This document shows positions 9,020-17,322 of a stretch of DNA of 61,715 nucleotides, piece by piece. Below the pieces are notes generated by a model, which was not told where the DNA came from, did not search any database, and saw only the letters and a program-made list of their open reading frames with translations. Numbering within the stretch: the stretch's first letter is position 1; every line of letters starts with the position of its first letter. The DNA lies in contig JAGVFR010000013.1 of assembly GCA_020057555.1 (NCBI GenBank), positions 1 through 61,715 on the forward strand. The letters are read 5' to 3'. This stretch comes from a bacterium (GTDB lineage: Bacteria; Patescibacteriota; Patescibacteriia; UBA9934; GWF2-40-263). The position numbers were made by a program, and so were the translations under genes.

Positions 9020-9784
9020 TCAGAATTCATCGTCTGCTTCAGTAGATGCTGTTTCAACGACTTGAGTCGCGGCAATTCTCGGACATGGTTGCCAAGAACG
9101 CCTGCGGTATGAGAGATACCCTGTGAAGATGTGCCCGAGCAGAGAAAACATACCGAACGCGAGCGCGAAAAGGAAAATTGTGTCCACGATCATTACGATC
9201 GTTGGATGACGATAGCCTTCCGGCATGAAAACCAGAAACGCCATGCCAATGATCTCGGCCCAGATTTTGATTTTCCCGAATCTGTTACTGCTCACATTAT
9301 CGAGCTTGAGATACTGTTTGATCGGACGCATGAGCGTCAGACAAACAGCCGTGATTGTCAGTGAGACAATTACGCTTGTTGTAACATATCCGATTCCGAG
9401 CGAAAAAAGAACGAGAAAGAACCGTAACTTATCTGCAAGAGGATCAAGTGTGCGACCAAGGTGCGTGACACCTCGATAGTTGATGCGCTTCCAGAGTGTC
9501 ATCGACACTTCTTCATCAAGTGACATTGGTTTTCGAGCACCTTGTTGATAACGACTCAATGCGCCGTCCACGAAATCCGTGACAAGACTGATAGTGAGAA
9601 GAATGGCACCAATGACGTAGTGGTCGAATATGAACAGCAGACACATCGGAATGCAGATAATCAAACCGATGAATGTCACTTGATTGGCTGTGAAATGATC
9701 GGAAAGCCAACGTCCTACTGATTTCGAAAGCCCTTGCACAGGTCCGAACTTCGGATCCTTGAGCCAGCGGCCAAATCTCCTCAT
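9020..9784 (-). CDS. CDP-alcohol phosphatidyltransferase family protein
   Basis: DFVDGALSR...GRTLDPLADKL matches D-x2-DG-x2-AR...G-x3-D-x3-D; multiple TM helices. Confidence 0.8.
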   Translation of the reverse strand: MRRFGRWLKDPKFGPVQGLSKSVGRWLSDHFTANQVTFIGLIICIPMCLLFIFDHYVIGAILLTISLVTDFVDGALSRYQQGARKPMSLDEEVSMTLWKRINYRGVTHLGRTLDPLADKLRFFLVLFSLGIGYVTTSVIVSLTITAVCLTLMRPIKQYLKLDNVSSNRFGKIKIWAEIIGMAFLVFMPEGYRHPTIVMIVDTIFLFALAFGMFSLLGHIFTGYLSYRRRSWQPCPRIAATQVVETASTEADDEF

Positions 9785-9876
9785 GATCTCCCTCCTTGTA
9801 GATCTGACGTGCTGATGTTAGACCTATTCAGGAATTTGTCAAAAATAAAACAGGCTCACTCGAGCCTGTTTTATTA

Positions 9877-9990
9877 TTACCAATCGTCACCTACTTCGTC
9901 GCTCGAATCTTCTTCGTCGTCTTCCACGTCCTTCGTTGCTTCGTCTTCTTTCCCATCATCATCGCCGTTCCCCCAATCATCGTCTCCCAT
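9877..9990 (-). CDS. possible small acidic protein (37 aa)
   Basis: MGDDDWGNGDDDGKEDEATKDVEDDEEDSSDEVGDDW, followed on its own strand by the hairpin AAACAGGCTC-GAGT-GAGCCTGTTT. Too short for the ORF track; no SD. Confidence 0.3.
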   Translation of the reverse strand: MGDDDWGNGDDDGKEDEATKDVEDDEEDSSDEVGDDW

Positions 9991-10109
9991 GGCATAACTT
10001 AATGGACAAAACATACGTCTCTGGTAGTGATCAAAGATCGTTATGAGTTAGTAAAATCATAATACCAAATAAAAACTAACGCGCAAGAAGTTGTCAAGGG
10101 TGACAAAAA

Positions 10110-11360
10110 CTAATAGTCACGCAATTTTTCAATCAATGGATTCGCTTGAATCTTTTCAAGCGCTTTTGCTTCAATTTGTCTAATACGTTCACGTGTTACG
10201 TCAAACTCTCGTCCGACTTCTTCAAGTGTGTGGCTGACACCGTCAGTCAACCCAAAACGCATTTCCAAAATTTTCTGCTCGCGCGGTGTTAACCCTTCCA
10301 TTGCTTTTGTAACATAATCTTTCAAAAGCTCACGCGCGGCCTGACGATCTGGTGAAATCGTTTTGACATCTTCCAAAAAGTCTTCAAGTTTTGAGTCTTC
10401 GTCGTCATCACCAACAGAAGTTTCAAGCGAAACTGTGTCTTGAGATATTTTTCTAATATGACGAACTTTGGAAATTGACTCGCCCATTTCTGCCGCGATT
10501 TCTTCCGGAAGAGGTTCACGACCAAGGTCCTGAATAAGTTGACGTTCAATTTGTTGAAAACGATTTATTGTCTCAACCATGTGAACTGGAATACGAATTG
10601 TGCGCGACTGATCTGCGAGCGCGCGCGTAATTGCCTGTCTTATCCACCAAGTCGCGTAAGTTGAAAACTTGTAGCCTTTTCGATAATCGAATTTTTTAAC
10701 CGCGCGAAAAAGTCCAATGTTCCCTTCTTGAATCAAATCCAGAAGTGACATTTGTTTTCCAACGAACTTTTTTGCAATCGAAACAACAAGACGCAAATTC
10801 GCTTCGATTATACGACGCTCGGCTTCTTTTTCATTTCGCTCTTTGCGTTTTGCAAGTGAAACTTCCTGTTCTCCGTTCAGCAAAGGAATTTTTCCAATCT
10901 CACGCAAATACATTTGAATTGAATCTTGAGTCAACTCTGGAATTGCCGCGCCTTTTTGACGCTCGTGCGTAAGACGGATCTTGTCATAGACTTCCCCACG
11001 TTCGATTTCACGACCAAGAATTCCCTCTTTAAGTTCGATAAAATGAACACCAAGCCGTTCCATTCTATCCAAAAATTCCTCAAAAAAATCCACGTAATCC
11101 TCAACTTCAGTAAACGTAAACAAAACTTCATTTTCAGTGATATATCCGCGTTGTTTCCCTTTCTCAAGAATTTTGTTTATTACCTCAACAGACGGAGGTT
11201 CAGCTCGCTTGTAACGAACGCGCTCCGGTTGAACTTTTTTTGCAACAAATTTTTTGCTCGGTGTATGTGGTTTTTTAACCACGTGTTTCCGAATAACTTT
11301 TTTCACGTGCTTCTTTTTGTTCTTTTCAAATTTCTTATTCTTTTTTTTCAACTTATTCAT
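10110..11360 (-). CDS. rpoD: RNA polymerase sigma factor RpoD (sigma-70)
   Basis: Regions 1.2-4 are present: [40 protein letters not shown]. Start set at the ATG (MNKLKKK). Confidence 0.95.
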   Translation of the reverse strand: MNKLKKKNKKFEKNKKKHVKKVIRKHVVKKPHTPSKKFVAKKVQPERVRYKRAEPPSVEVINKILEKGKQRGYITENEVLFTFTEVEDYVDFFEEFLDRMERLGVHFIELKEGILGREIERGEVYDKIRLTHERQKGAAIPELTQDSIQMYLREIGKIPLLNGEQEVSLAKRKERNEKEAERRIIEANLRLVVSIAKKFVGKQMSLLDLIQEGNIGLFRAVKKFDYRKGYKFSTYATWWIRQAITRALADQSRTIRIPVHMVETINRFQQIERQLIQDLGREPLPEEIAAEMGESISKVRHIRKISQDTVSLETSVGDDDEDSKLEDFLEDVKTISPDRQAARELLKDYVTKAMEGLTPREQKILEMRFGLTDGVSHTLEEVGREFDVTRERIRQIEAKALEKIQANPLIEKLRDY

Positions 11361-11377
11361 AACCAAAAAAGCTCACA

Positions 11378-13183
11378 TCAAAAATGATTTAATTCTGAAA
11401 GAAGCCGTTTAACAGTTTCTTGATCGCCAGCATGTTCTGCTTGGCGTAACTCCATCGCAATATTTTTGCGTTTGTTCTGCGCTTTAGAATGACGCAGAAG
11501 CAAAAAGAGCATATTTAGTTGTTCCTGCACGTTTTCGGTTGGCAATTGTGAAAACGCCGTTTCAGCGAGAAAATAAATTTCTATGAGAAGCTTTACAAGG
11601 TCTTCTCTTGACTCGCTTTTTAGGTGATTTTCAAGCCTCGAAAAAAAAGATTGTTTTTGTGCAGTGTTGCCAGAATTGTAGAGCCTTTTGGCTATTGTGT
11701 AAAGCTCAACGGCTAATGGGGAGCTGTTTTCTGGAAAAGGGATGTCCATCGAAAACTCTGGATACGCGCTTGGGTTCATCACATAAAGTCCAAGGATCAA
11801 CAATGATGCCCTCTCTTCTTTTGAGGTTGTTGAAGTCGTTTTTGGTTGAACAACTTTTGTCTTCAATTTGTCGTGATCTGATTTTGTTGGAGCAGGAAGA
11901 TGCGATCGAAGAATCGATGTGTCAATTCCAAGAAGTTTCGCGATCTCGTTCAACCAATGTTCTTGTTCAACAACGTCCGTTATTTCAACAAGCGCTGGGA
12001 TGAGTTCCTGCGAAACAGTTTTTTTATCATCAATGTTTGTTAAATTTTTTCCTTGAATCACGCGAGCAATTAGATATTCCATGAAAGGCACTGATGAAGC
12101 TGAAAGTTTTTGCCATGCGGCTGGATCTTTTTGCGCAAGTTCGTCTGGATCTTTTGAACCTGCTGGAAGAATAATCGCGCGAACATCAAACCCAAGTGAA
12201 CGAGCGATTGAAACTCCACGTTTTGCCGCTTTGAGCCCTGCCGCGTCTTGATCAAAACAAAAAACAAGTTTTTTTGTGTATCGCGCAAGAAGTCGCAACT
12301 GATCTTCTGTTAAAGCTGTTCCTGAACTTGCGACAACGTTTTCAACTCCTGCTTTGTGTGAACCAACAACATCTAAATTTCCTTCAACGACGACAGCACA
12401 ATCTTTTTGTTTGATTGAAGTTTTAGCAAGATCAAGGCCGTAAAGCAATGATCCTTTGTGATAGATTGGAGTTTCAGGTGAGTTGATGTATTTGGAAAGA
12501 GAAGCTAAAGAGGCTAAAGAAGTTGAAGAAGCTGGAAGCAGACGCGCGGTAAAGCCGACAGTCTTCCCATGATGATCTCGAAGCGGAATCATTAGACGAT
12601 CACGAAAACGATCAATCAATCCAGAACCTGATCGTTTTTTTTGTCCAAGACCGGCTGTGATAATTTCATTTTCAGAATATCCACGCTTGAGCAAAAATTG
12701 TGTCAGAGCATCCCAGTCTGCTGGCGAGTAACCGAGCTTGAATTTTTCACAAAGTTCAAGCGTGATACCGCGTCCACTTACATACACACGAACCAATTCA
12801 GCAATTTGAGAACCTGCAAATACTTTTTGATAATATCGCGCCGCAAGATCATTGATCTCGTACAAACGTTGTTTAACATTGCTTTCAGTTGTTGGAAGTC
12901 TGCGAACTTCAACACCGGTTTTTTGTCCAAGGTGCATTAGCGCTTCGGAAAAATCCATCCCTTCCATTTTCATGACAAACGAAAAACAATCGCCCCCTTC
13001 CCCGCAACCAAAGCAATGCCAAATTTGGCGATCTGAGGAAACATGAAAAGAAGGGGTTTTTTCAGGGTGAAAAGGACAAATCGCGCGGAAGCCGTGCGTT
13101 CCTGCTGGCTTTAACGTCAAATACTCGCCGATGAGTTCGACGATATCGAGTTTTTGTTTAATTTCATCGCGAGGATCTGACAC
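11378..13183 (-). CDS. dnaG: DNA primase DnaG
   Basis: Zinc finger CPFHPEKTPSFHVSSDRQIWHCFGCG; TOPRIM VVVEGNLDV...DQDAAG. Confidence 0.95.
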   Translation of the reverse strand: MSDPRDEIKQKLDIVELIGEYLTLKPAGTHGFRAICPFHPEKTPSFHVSSDRQIWHCFGCGEGGDCFSFVMKMEGMDFSEALMHLGQKTGVEVRRLPTTESNVKQRLYEINDLAARYYQKVFAGSQIAELVRVYVSGRGITLELCEKFKLGYSPADWDALTQFLLKRGYSENEIITAGLGQKKRSGSGLIDRFRDRLMIPLRDHHGKTVGFTARLLPASSTSLASLASLSKYINSPETPIYHKGSLLYGLDLAKTSIKQKDCAVVVEGNLDVVGSHKAGVENVVASSGTALTEDQLRLLARYTKKLVFCFDQDAAGLKAAKRGVSIARSLGFDVRAIILPAGSKDPDELAQKDPAAWQKLSASSVPFMEYLIARVIQGKNLTNIDDKKTVSQELIPALVEITDVVEQEHWLNEIAKLLGIDTSILRSHLPAPTKSDHDKLKTKVVQPKTTSTTSKEERASLLILGLYVMNPSAYPEFSMDIPFPENSSPLAVELYTIAKRLYNSGNTAQKQSFFSRLENHLKSESREDLVKLLIEIYFLAETAFSQLPTENVQEQLNMLFLLLRHSKAQNKRKNIAMELRQAEHAGDQETVKRLLSELNHF

Positions 13184-13244
13184 AACGCTTACACATTACC
13201 TCTTATTCGAGGATCATCGCAAATATTGGAGAATGGTAATGAAG

Positions 13245-13273
13245 TTGACAATCTAATGATTTTTTGGTAGTTT
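13245..13273 (+). promoter_or_regulatory. promoter of the GGDEF gene
   Basis: TTGACA, 17-nt spacer, TAGTTT. Confidence 0.5.
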
Positions 13274-13306
13274 TCTATGTCCTGAGTCAAAAGTATGGAG
13301 GACATC

Positions 13307-14128
13307 ATGGCTGACAAAGGAAACTTGCTGAAAATCACATTCACTGACGAGGGTGAACTCGTAGTTGAATACCCCGGAGGAATTCGAGATCGAACCGGGA
13401 TATTCACCTCGCTCCAAGAAAAACGCACGGTTCTCGAGTTTGCCATGACAACCGCAGGACAAACTCTTCTCATGAGACAAAGGGGACGGGAAATTCACGA
13501 CCCGCTCACAAGTCTTTTGCGTCGTCAACCTGGCCGCGAGTTAATTCAACAGCAATTGGTACGAATTGCGGCAATGCCATTTACAGGGACGATTTCAATC
13601 ATCCTGATGGATCTTGATCACTTCGGAATACTCAACAAGCAATATGGTATGAGTGTTGGAGATGAAGTGCTCCGCTGGTTCGCACATATTCTCACCAGAA
13701 GAACAAGAAGTTCTGATGTGATTGTGCGATGGGGTGGCGAAGAGTTCCTGGTCTTTACCTCTGCGGGTCTGGCACCGGACGAACGTGGCAAGGCTCGCGA
13801 CAGAGACACTTCGACTAACGCCTTTGTCCAAACAGGTGCCACAGATAGAAGTCTGGGACCAGTTCTGAACAATGGAGAGATAGTCGCTGGTCGTTTCATG
13901 ACAAGTGCTGAGGCTGGACCATGTATGGTTGGTGGTTTAGCGATCAAACAACGAGTTACGATTGCTGTGGCAACACACATCATCACTTCAGCTGAAGACA
14001 GAGACACACTCGCCGAAGGTGTGTTCGAAGGTCTATTCGAACAAGCCGATGCTCTTCTTCGAAAAGCAAAGACTGATGGGCAACGTGGACGGATCTTCTC
14101 TTTCAACAAAGCCATGCAAATCAAGTAA
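13307..14128 (+). CDS. stand-alone GGDEF-domain protein (diguanylate-cyclase-like) with an internal insertion
   Basis: DPLTSLLRR, DLDHFGILNKQYGMSVGDEVL, RWGGEEF, ADALLRKAKTDGQRGRIF. A ~50-aa insert sits after the GGEEF strand. Start taken at the ATG after GGAGGACATC. Confidence 0.75.
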   Translation: MADKGNLLKITFTDEGELVVEYPGGIRDRTGIFTSLQEKRTVLEFAMTTAGQTLLMRQRGREIHDPLTSLLRRQPGRELIQQQLVRIAAMPFTGTISIILMDLDHFGILNKQYGMSVGDEVLRWFAHILTRRTRSSDVIVRWGGEEFLVFTSAGLAPDERGKARDRDTSTNAFVQTGATDRSLGPVLNNGEIVAGRFMTSAEAGPCMVGGLAIKQRVTIAVATHIITSAEDRDTLAEGVFEGLFEQADALLRKAKTDGQRGRIFSFNKAMQIK

Positions 14129-14144
14129 GATGTTTCTTCTTTCT

Positions 14145-14170
14145 GCGCCTTTAACAAAAGGCGCTTTTTT
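14145..14170 (+). terminator. intrinsic terminator
   Basis: GCGCCTTT-AACA-AAAGGCGC followed by TTTTTT. Confidence 0.75.
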
Positions 14171-14208
14171 GATTAATTTGTTCTAATTGTGTAAACTTTC
14201 GTGCGTTC

Positions 14209-14296
14209 GGAGAGATCGCATAGTGGTCGATTGCGCGCGCTTGGAAAGCGCGTATACCGAAAGGTATCGAGGGTTCGAATCCCTCTCTCTCCGCCA
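14209..14296 (+). tRNA. tRNA-Ser (anticodon GGA)
   Basis: 88-nt class II tRNA: acceptor GGAGAGA/TCTCTCC, anticodon loop TTGGAAA, long variable arm ATACC-GAAA-GGTAT, T-arm GAGGG-TTCGAAT-CCCTC, GCCA end. Confidence 0.9.
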
Positions 14297-14346
14297 GTTC
14301 AATGAAGCCAACTGCTTGGCTTTATTGAACTGGACACAGACAGAAA

Positions 14347-14462
14347 GGAGGGATTCGAACGCCGGAGCCATATGCCGTCAGTAGACGGCATGGCGAGGCG
14401 GTGGCCAGACCTCGGCGAGTTGACGAGCCGAGAGTCGAGGTCGAATCCCTCTCTCTCCGCCA
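14347..14462 (+). other. tRNA-like GC-rich element repeating the 3' end of tRNA-Ser (pseudo-tRNA, att-like duplication, or unknown ncRNA)
   Basis: Ends ...TCGAGG-TCGAATCCCTCTCTCTCCGCCA, nearly identical to the last ~29 nt of tRNA-Ser. The 5' GGAGGGA can pair with TCTCTCC. No standard D-arm or anticodon arm. Contains the perfect hairpin ATGCCGTC-AGTA-GACGGCAT. Confidence 0.35.
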
Positions 14463-14488
14463 ATTTTTACATTCAGCGAAATTGAAAT

Positions 14489-15019
14489 ATGAAAATCGGG
14501 GTTGGGTCAAAAAATAAAACTAAAGTTAATGCTGTTACGGAAGTGCTTAACGACTGTCCAATGTTTGCTGATGCAGAAATTGAAGGCGTTGATGTTCAAG
14601 TCGAGCAATTCGGTCATCCAAAAAGTCTTGATGAAACAGTCGCTGGAGCGATTGATCGTGCAAAACAAGCATACGTTAATCACGACTTTGGTTTTGGAAT
14701 TGAAGGCGGACTTATGAAAGTTCCTCAAACCAAATCCGGATATATGGAAGTCGCGGTTTGCGCGATTTTCGATGGCAAGCAAATTCACTTGGGTCTTTCA
14801 CAAGCGTGCGAATGGCCAAAAAAAGTTCTAGAAAAAATACTAGAAGGTCTTGATGGAAGTCAAGCAATGAAAGCAGTTGGTTTAACTCAACATGAAAAAT
14901 TGGGAGAACACGAAGGTCTTGTTGGAATTTTAACAAAAGGGCGTACGAACCGCACTGAATTCAACAAAGGCGCTGTTGTGATGGCTCTCATGCATTTGGA
15001 GAATCCGGAACATTATTAA
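14489..15019 (+). CDS. yjjX: inosine/xanthosine triphosphatase (YjjX/DUF84 family)
   Basis: MKIGVGSKNKTKVNAV..., GFGIEGGL, GLVGILTKGRTNR, AVVMAL resemble YjjX. Confidence 0.7.
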   Translation: MKIGVGSKNKTKVNAVTEVLNDCPMFADAEIEGVDVQVEQFGHPKSLDETVAGAIDRAKQAYVNHDFGFGIEGGLMKVPQTKSGYMEVAVCAIFDGKQIHLGLSQACEWPKKVLEKILEGLDGSQAMKAVGLTQHEKLGEHEGLVGILTKGRTNRTEFNKGAVVMALMHLENPEHY

Positions 15020-15073
15020 AAAGAGATCCTTCGGCTTATTGCCTCAGGATGACGCAAGAAAGTCAACTTGAAA

Positions 15074-15136
15074 TTCGCCATTGACAAATGGCGAATTTTT
15101 TATTAGTCTGGGAACTTTCCAGAACATCTCTGGAAA
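15074..15136 (+). promoter_or_regulatory. terminator-promoter-operator module, copy 1
   Basis: Hairpin TTCGCCATT-GACA-AATGGCGAA plus TTTTTT. The same bases give TTGACA (15081), a 17-nt spacer and TAGTCT. A perfect palindrome TTTCCAGA-ACATC-TCTGGAAA follows at 15116-15136. Confidence 0.6.
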
Positions 15137-15149
15137 AAGCGGAGGAAAA

Positions 15150-16154
15150 ATGAGCAAGTGGACTTTCAACGCAATCCAAGTCAGACAAGATGGCCAAATC
15201 GAAAAGGTTGGACTGTCACCGCATCAATTCACGCGAATCGACAAATATATAGCTGCACTTGAGGCGGCCGCAAGTTCAACCGTTGCCAATCCGATTTTCT
15301 CTCAATACTTTGTCAGAGAGAGCGTTGTGCCAGTACTTGGTGCAATTGTACCGGCTGGCAACATCGAATACGGCCTGTGCCAAGCACTTCATGGCGAAGA
15401 GGCCATTGTGGCCGCGTATCGAAGTAGGTGTGGCAGATCTACTCAAGACGTAGTTATCGGAATCATTGCCGGAAGTCCTGGCAACATCGCGACACCTTGT
15501 GGAAACTGTCGAGATATCTTACTCGATGATCTTGGCACTGATTTCGAAATCGTGTCTGGCGTGGCAGACGGCGGAGAAGCGGTCGTGGCTAACATGAGCC
15601 ACTTTCTGTTTTCAAAGTTCAAGACCTTGAGCACAATCGAAATCCATCCTGACTTGGATAACATGATCAAAGTAACAATTCACCATGGCGATCTTTTGGT
15701 GAACGACGCGTTCTCGCCAAAAAACGTTCACCCTGAACGCAAATATCACGCGCTCATTGCAACCAAAGTTGAGAGGTTCGTCGGCGCGCACGATGTGATG
15801 TGTGATTATCATCCTATCTACGCGCTTCGCGACGCTATTCGCCAAGCAAGACGAAAACACGATCCGTTTGTTCAATCGGTCGTGATTGTAAGCAAAGGCT
15901 CCGGCGAAAAAGCGCCTCATGTCATGTACAAGGATCGTCAGCATCTGCTGTCGCTCAATCTACAAGCAGAATTGCTCGCAAAAGAAGAAAACGATCCACC
16001 AGTCTTTCTCGCAACATACGATGATAAACACAAGGTAACTGGACTGTGGCAAACAAGCGTAAAGCAATGGTTGCCTCTTCCCTTCACTTCTCGCAACTTC
16101 GGCCAGGAACACATTGAGTTACTGACCAACTACTACAAAGGTATAAGGAGATAA
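15150..16154 (+). CDS. two-domain cytidine-deaminase-like protein
   Basis: LHGEEAIVAAY and TPCGNCRDILLD match the CDA zinc motifs (H/C-A-E, PCxxC). The second half is CDA-fold-like but lacks the Glu and Cys ligands (DYHPIYALRDAI). Ends LPLPFTSRNFG, similar to the CDA LLPxxFGP tail. SD GCGGAGG. Confidence 0.6.
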   Translation: MSKWTFNAIQVRQDGQIEKVGLSPHQFTRIDKYIAALEAAASSTVANPIFSQYFVRESVVPVLGAIVPAGNIEYGLCQALHGEEAIVAAYRSRCGRSTQDVVIGIIAGSPGNIATPCGNCRDILLDDLGTDFEIVSGVADGGEAVVANMSHFLFSKFKTLSTIEIHPDLDNMIKVTIHHGDLLVNDAFSPKNVHPERKYHALIATKVERFVGAHDVMCDYHPIYALRDAIRQARRKHDPFVQSVVIVSKGSGEKAPHVMYKDRQHLLSLNLQAELLAKEENDPPVFLATYDDKHKVTGLWQTSVKQWLPLPFTSRNFGQEHIELLTNYYKGIRR

Positions 16155-16171
16155 AGTCCTCTCCGACACGG

Positions 16172-16229
16172 CCGCTATTGACAAATGGCGGTTTTTTTGT
16201 TATTTTTTCTATTCCAGAGTGTTTCTGGA
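16172..16229 (+). promoter_or_regulatory. terminator-promoter-operator module, copy 2
   Basis: Hairpin CCGCTATT-GACA-AATGGCGG plus TTTTTTT. TTGACA (16178), 17-nt spacer, TATTTT. Palindrome TCCAGA-GTGTT-TCTGGA at 16213-16229. Confidence 0.6.
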
Positions 16230-16297
16230 TAAGCCAGTGGCTGGGCCGAAAACATACAGCCAACTTGGTCCTTTGGACCATAGGAAGGAGAAGAGTA

Positions 16298-17041
16298 ATG
16301 CCTCTTCGCACGGGTCGACAGGTTCCGATCGGCAACGGGTCCACTCTCATGATACTCGGTGTTGAGCCAGTGGATCGAGAGCTTTGGGAAAGCCACGAGA
16401 CAGTTCAAGGTCATTGGGTCTACTTCATGGCGCACATTCAGAGTCATGTAGAACCTGCATATGTCAGAGAAGCTATCGTTCACATTCACGCACGAGCGAT
16501 CTGGAAGCTTATGTGCCCGAACAAGCTCGAACAACCACACACAATTCTCATCTCACCTCATGATGAAAGCAACTGGATGAGAGTGATGTTCAGACGACGG
16601 ATCGAAGGTGAACTGTATGATCACAAAAAGTTCCTCCACAACGAAGCGAAAAATCTCAAACACATCTGGCAACTTGTTCGTTACGCTGAATCCGGCTATA
16701 CGAATGAGAACAAGATGTTCAGCACGAGCAAGCTCGGAAGAGAGTGTCCGATTCAGCCATGTCACATAAGAATCGAGGACGGTGTACGACTAGGTCTCGG
16801 TATACCTGAAGCAGAAAAAACCGCGCACCTCATTCTGACATTAGCCAGAGTGATGAGCAGTTGGGGTCCTCGAACAGCCGACTTGTTGGTACTGGGTCTT
16901 AAGATGAAGAGAAGTGAGATATTGAACGGTCTCAACTATCTCATCGAGAACGACTTTCTTGCGAGCGAACCCGATGAAGTTGGATACATCATCCGCGAGA
17001 AATTCGTTGTTCATTGCTGGCGTGCTTTCTTGCACAGCTAA
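16298..17041 (+). CDS. hypothetical protein (247 aa), possible C-terminal winged-helix
   Basis: ATG follows GGAAGGAGAAGAGTA. The C-terminal region MKRSEILNGLNYLIENDFLASEPDEVGYIIREKF looks wHTH-like. No family recognised. Confidence 0.5.
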   Translation: MPLRTGRQVPIGNGSTLMILGVEPVDRELWESHETVQGHWVYFMAHIQSHVEPAYVREAIVHIHARAIWKLMCPNKLEQPHTILISPHDESNWMRVMFRRRIEGELYDHKKFLHNEAKNLKHIWQLVRYAESGYTNENKMFSTSKLGRECPIQPCHIRIEDGVRLGLGIPEAEKTAHLILTLARVMSSWGPRTADLLVLGLKMKRSEILNGLNYLIENDFLASEPDEVGYIIREKFVVHCWRAFLHS

Positions 17042-17057
17042 CACTTCACCACCTTGG

Positions 17058-17088
17058 CTCTTGTCATTTCTCTGACAAGAGTTTTTTT
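17058..17088 (+). terminator. intrinsic terminator
   Basis: CTCTTGTCA-loop-TGACAAGAG followed by TTTTTTT. Confidence 0.75.
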
Positions 17089-17091
17089 ATT

Positions 17092-17283
17092 TCATCGTTT
17101 TTTTCGATCCCATCCATGCGACTGGCCAGGACGAGGGCTTGGATTGTGACCAAGTGGACAGCGCCGACCACCTTTACTCATTCGACAGTACGAACAATTC
17201 GAACCGCCTGAAGACATTGCCTTGCGCGCGCGATCGAGTGAATGAGAACTTTTCTTTTTTTTGTCGTCGTTGAATTTCTGCAT
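17092..17283 (-). CDS. possible small basic Cys/His-rich protein (63 aa, or 41 aa from an internal ATG)
   Basis: ...MSSGGSNCSYCRMSKGGRRCPLGHNPSPRPGQSHGWDRKKR with C-x2-C-x9-C-x3-H spacing. GC-rich. Forms the 3' part of the 17092..17508 track ORF, whose upstream part overlaps the plus-strand paralog gene. Confidence 0.3.
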   Translation of the reverse strand: MQKFNDDKKKKSSHSLDRARKAMSSGGSNCSYCRMSKGGRRCPLGHNPSPRPGQSHGWDRKKR

Positions 17284-17322
17284 ATTGTAAATAGTATAGC
17301 ATAAGTGATAAAGTGAAAAAGT

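Noticed and set aside
9734-9997. Plus-strand Ser-rich ORF 9734..9997
   Set aside because: It is low-complexity, spans a terminator hairpin, and is the antisense of the more plausible small acidic ORF.
13618-14157. Antisense and overlapping ORFs within GC-rich genes (e.g. 13618..14157 -, 15612..15944 -, 16175..16540 -, 18175..18738 +, 27552..28076 +, 5669..6163 +, 6042..6464 +)
   Set aside because: They are shadow ORFs opposite or overlapping genes with recognisable domains or proper signals. Their composition is Arg/Ser/Cys-rich, as expected for out-of-frame GC-rich DNA.
14347-14462. tRNA-Sec or intron-containing tRNA
   Set aside because: No 7-nt anticodon loop with TCA or any standard anticodon arm. 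The internal hairpins have even-length or oversized loops. 116 nt is too short for a group I intron insert.
15081-16183. TTG-initiated ORF starts at 15081 and 16178 (MTNGEFF / MTNGGFF)
   Set aside because: The shared peptide comes from translating the duplicated terminator/-35 module. The real starts follow SD sequences at 15150 and 16298.
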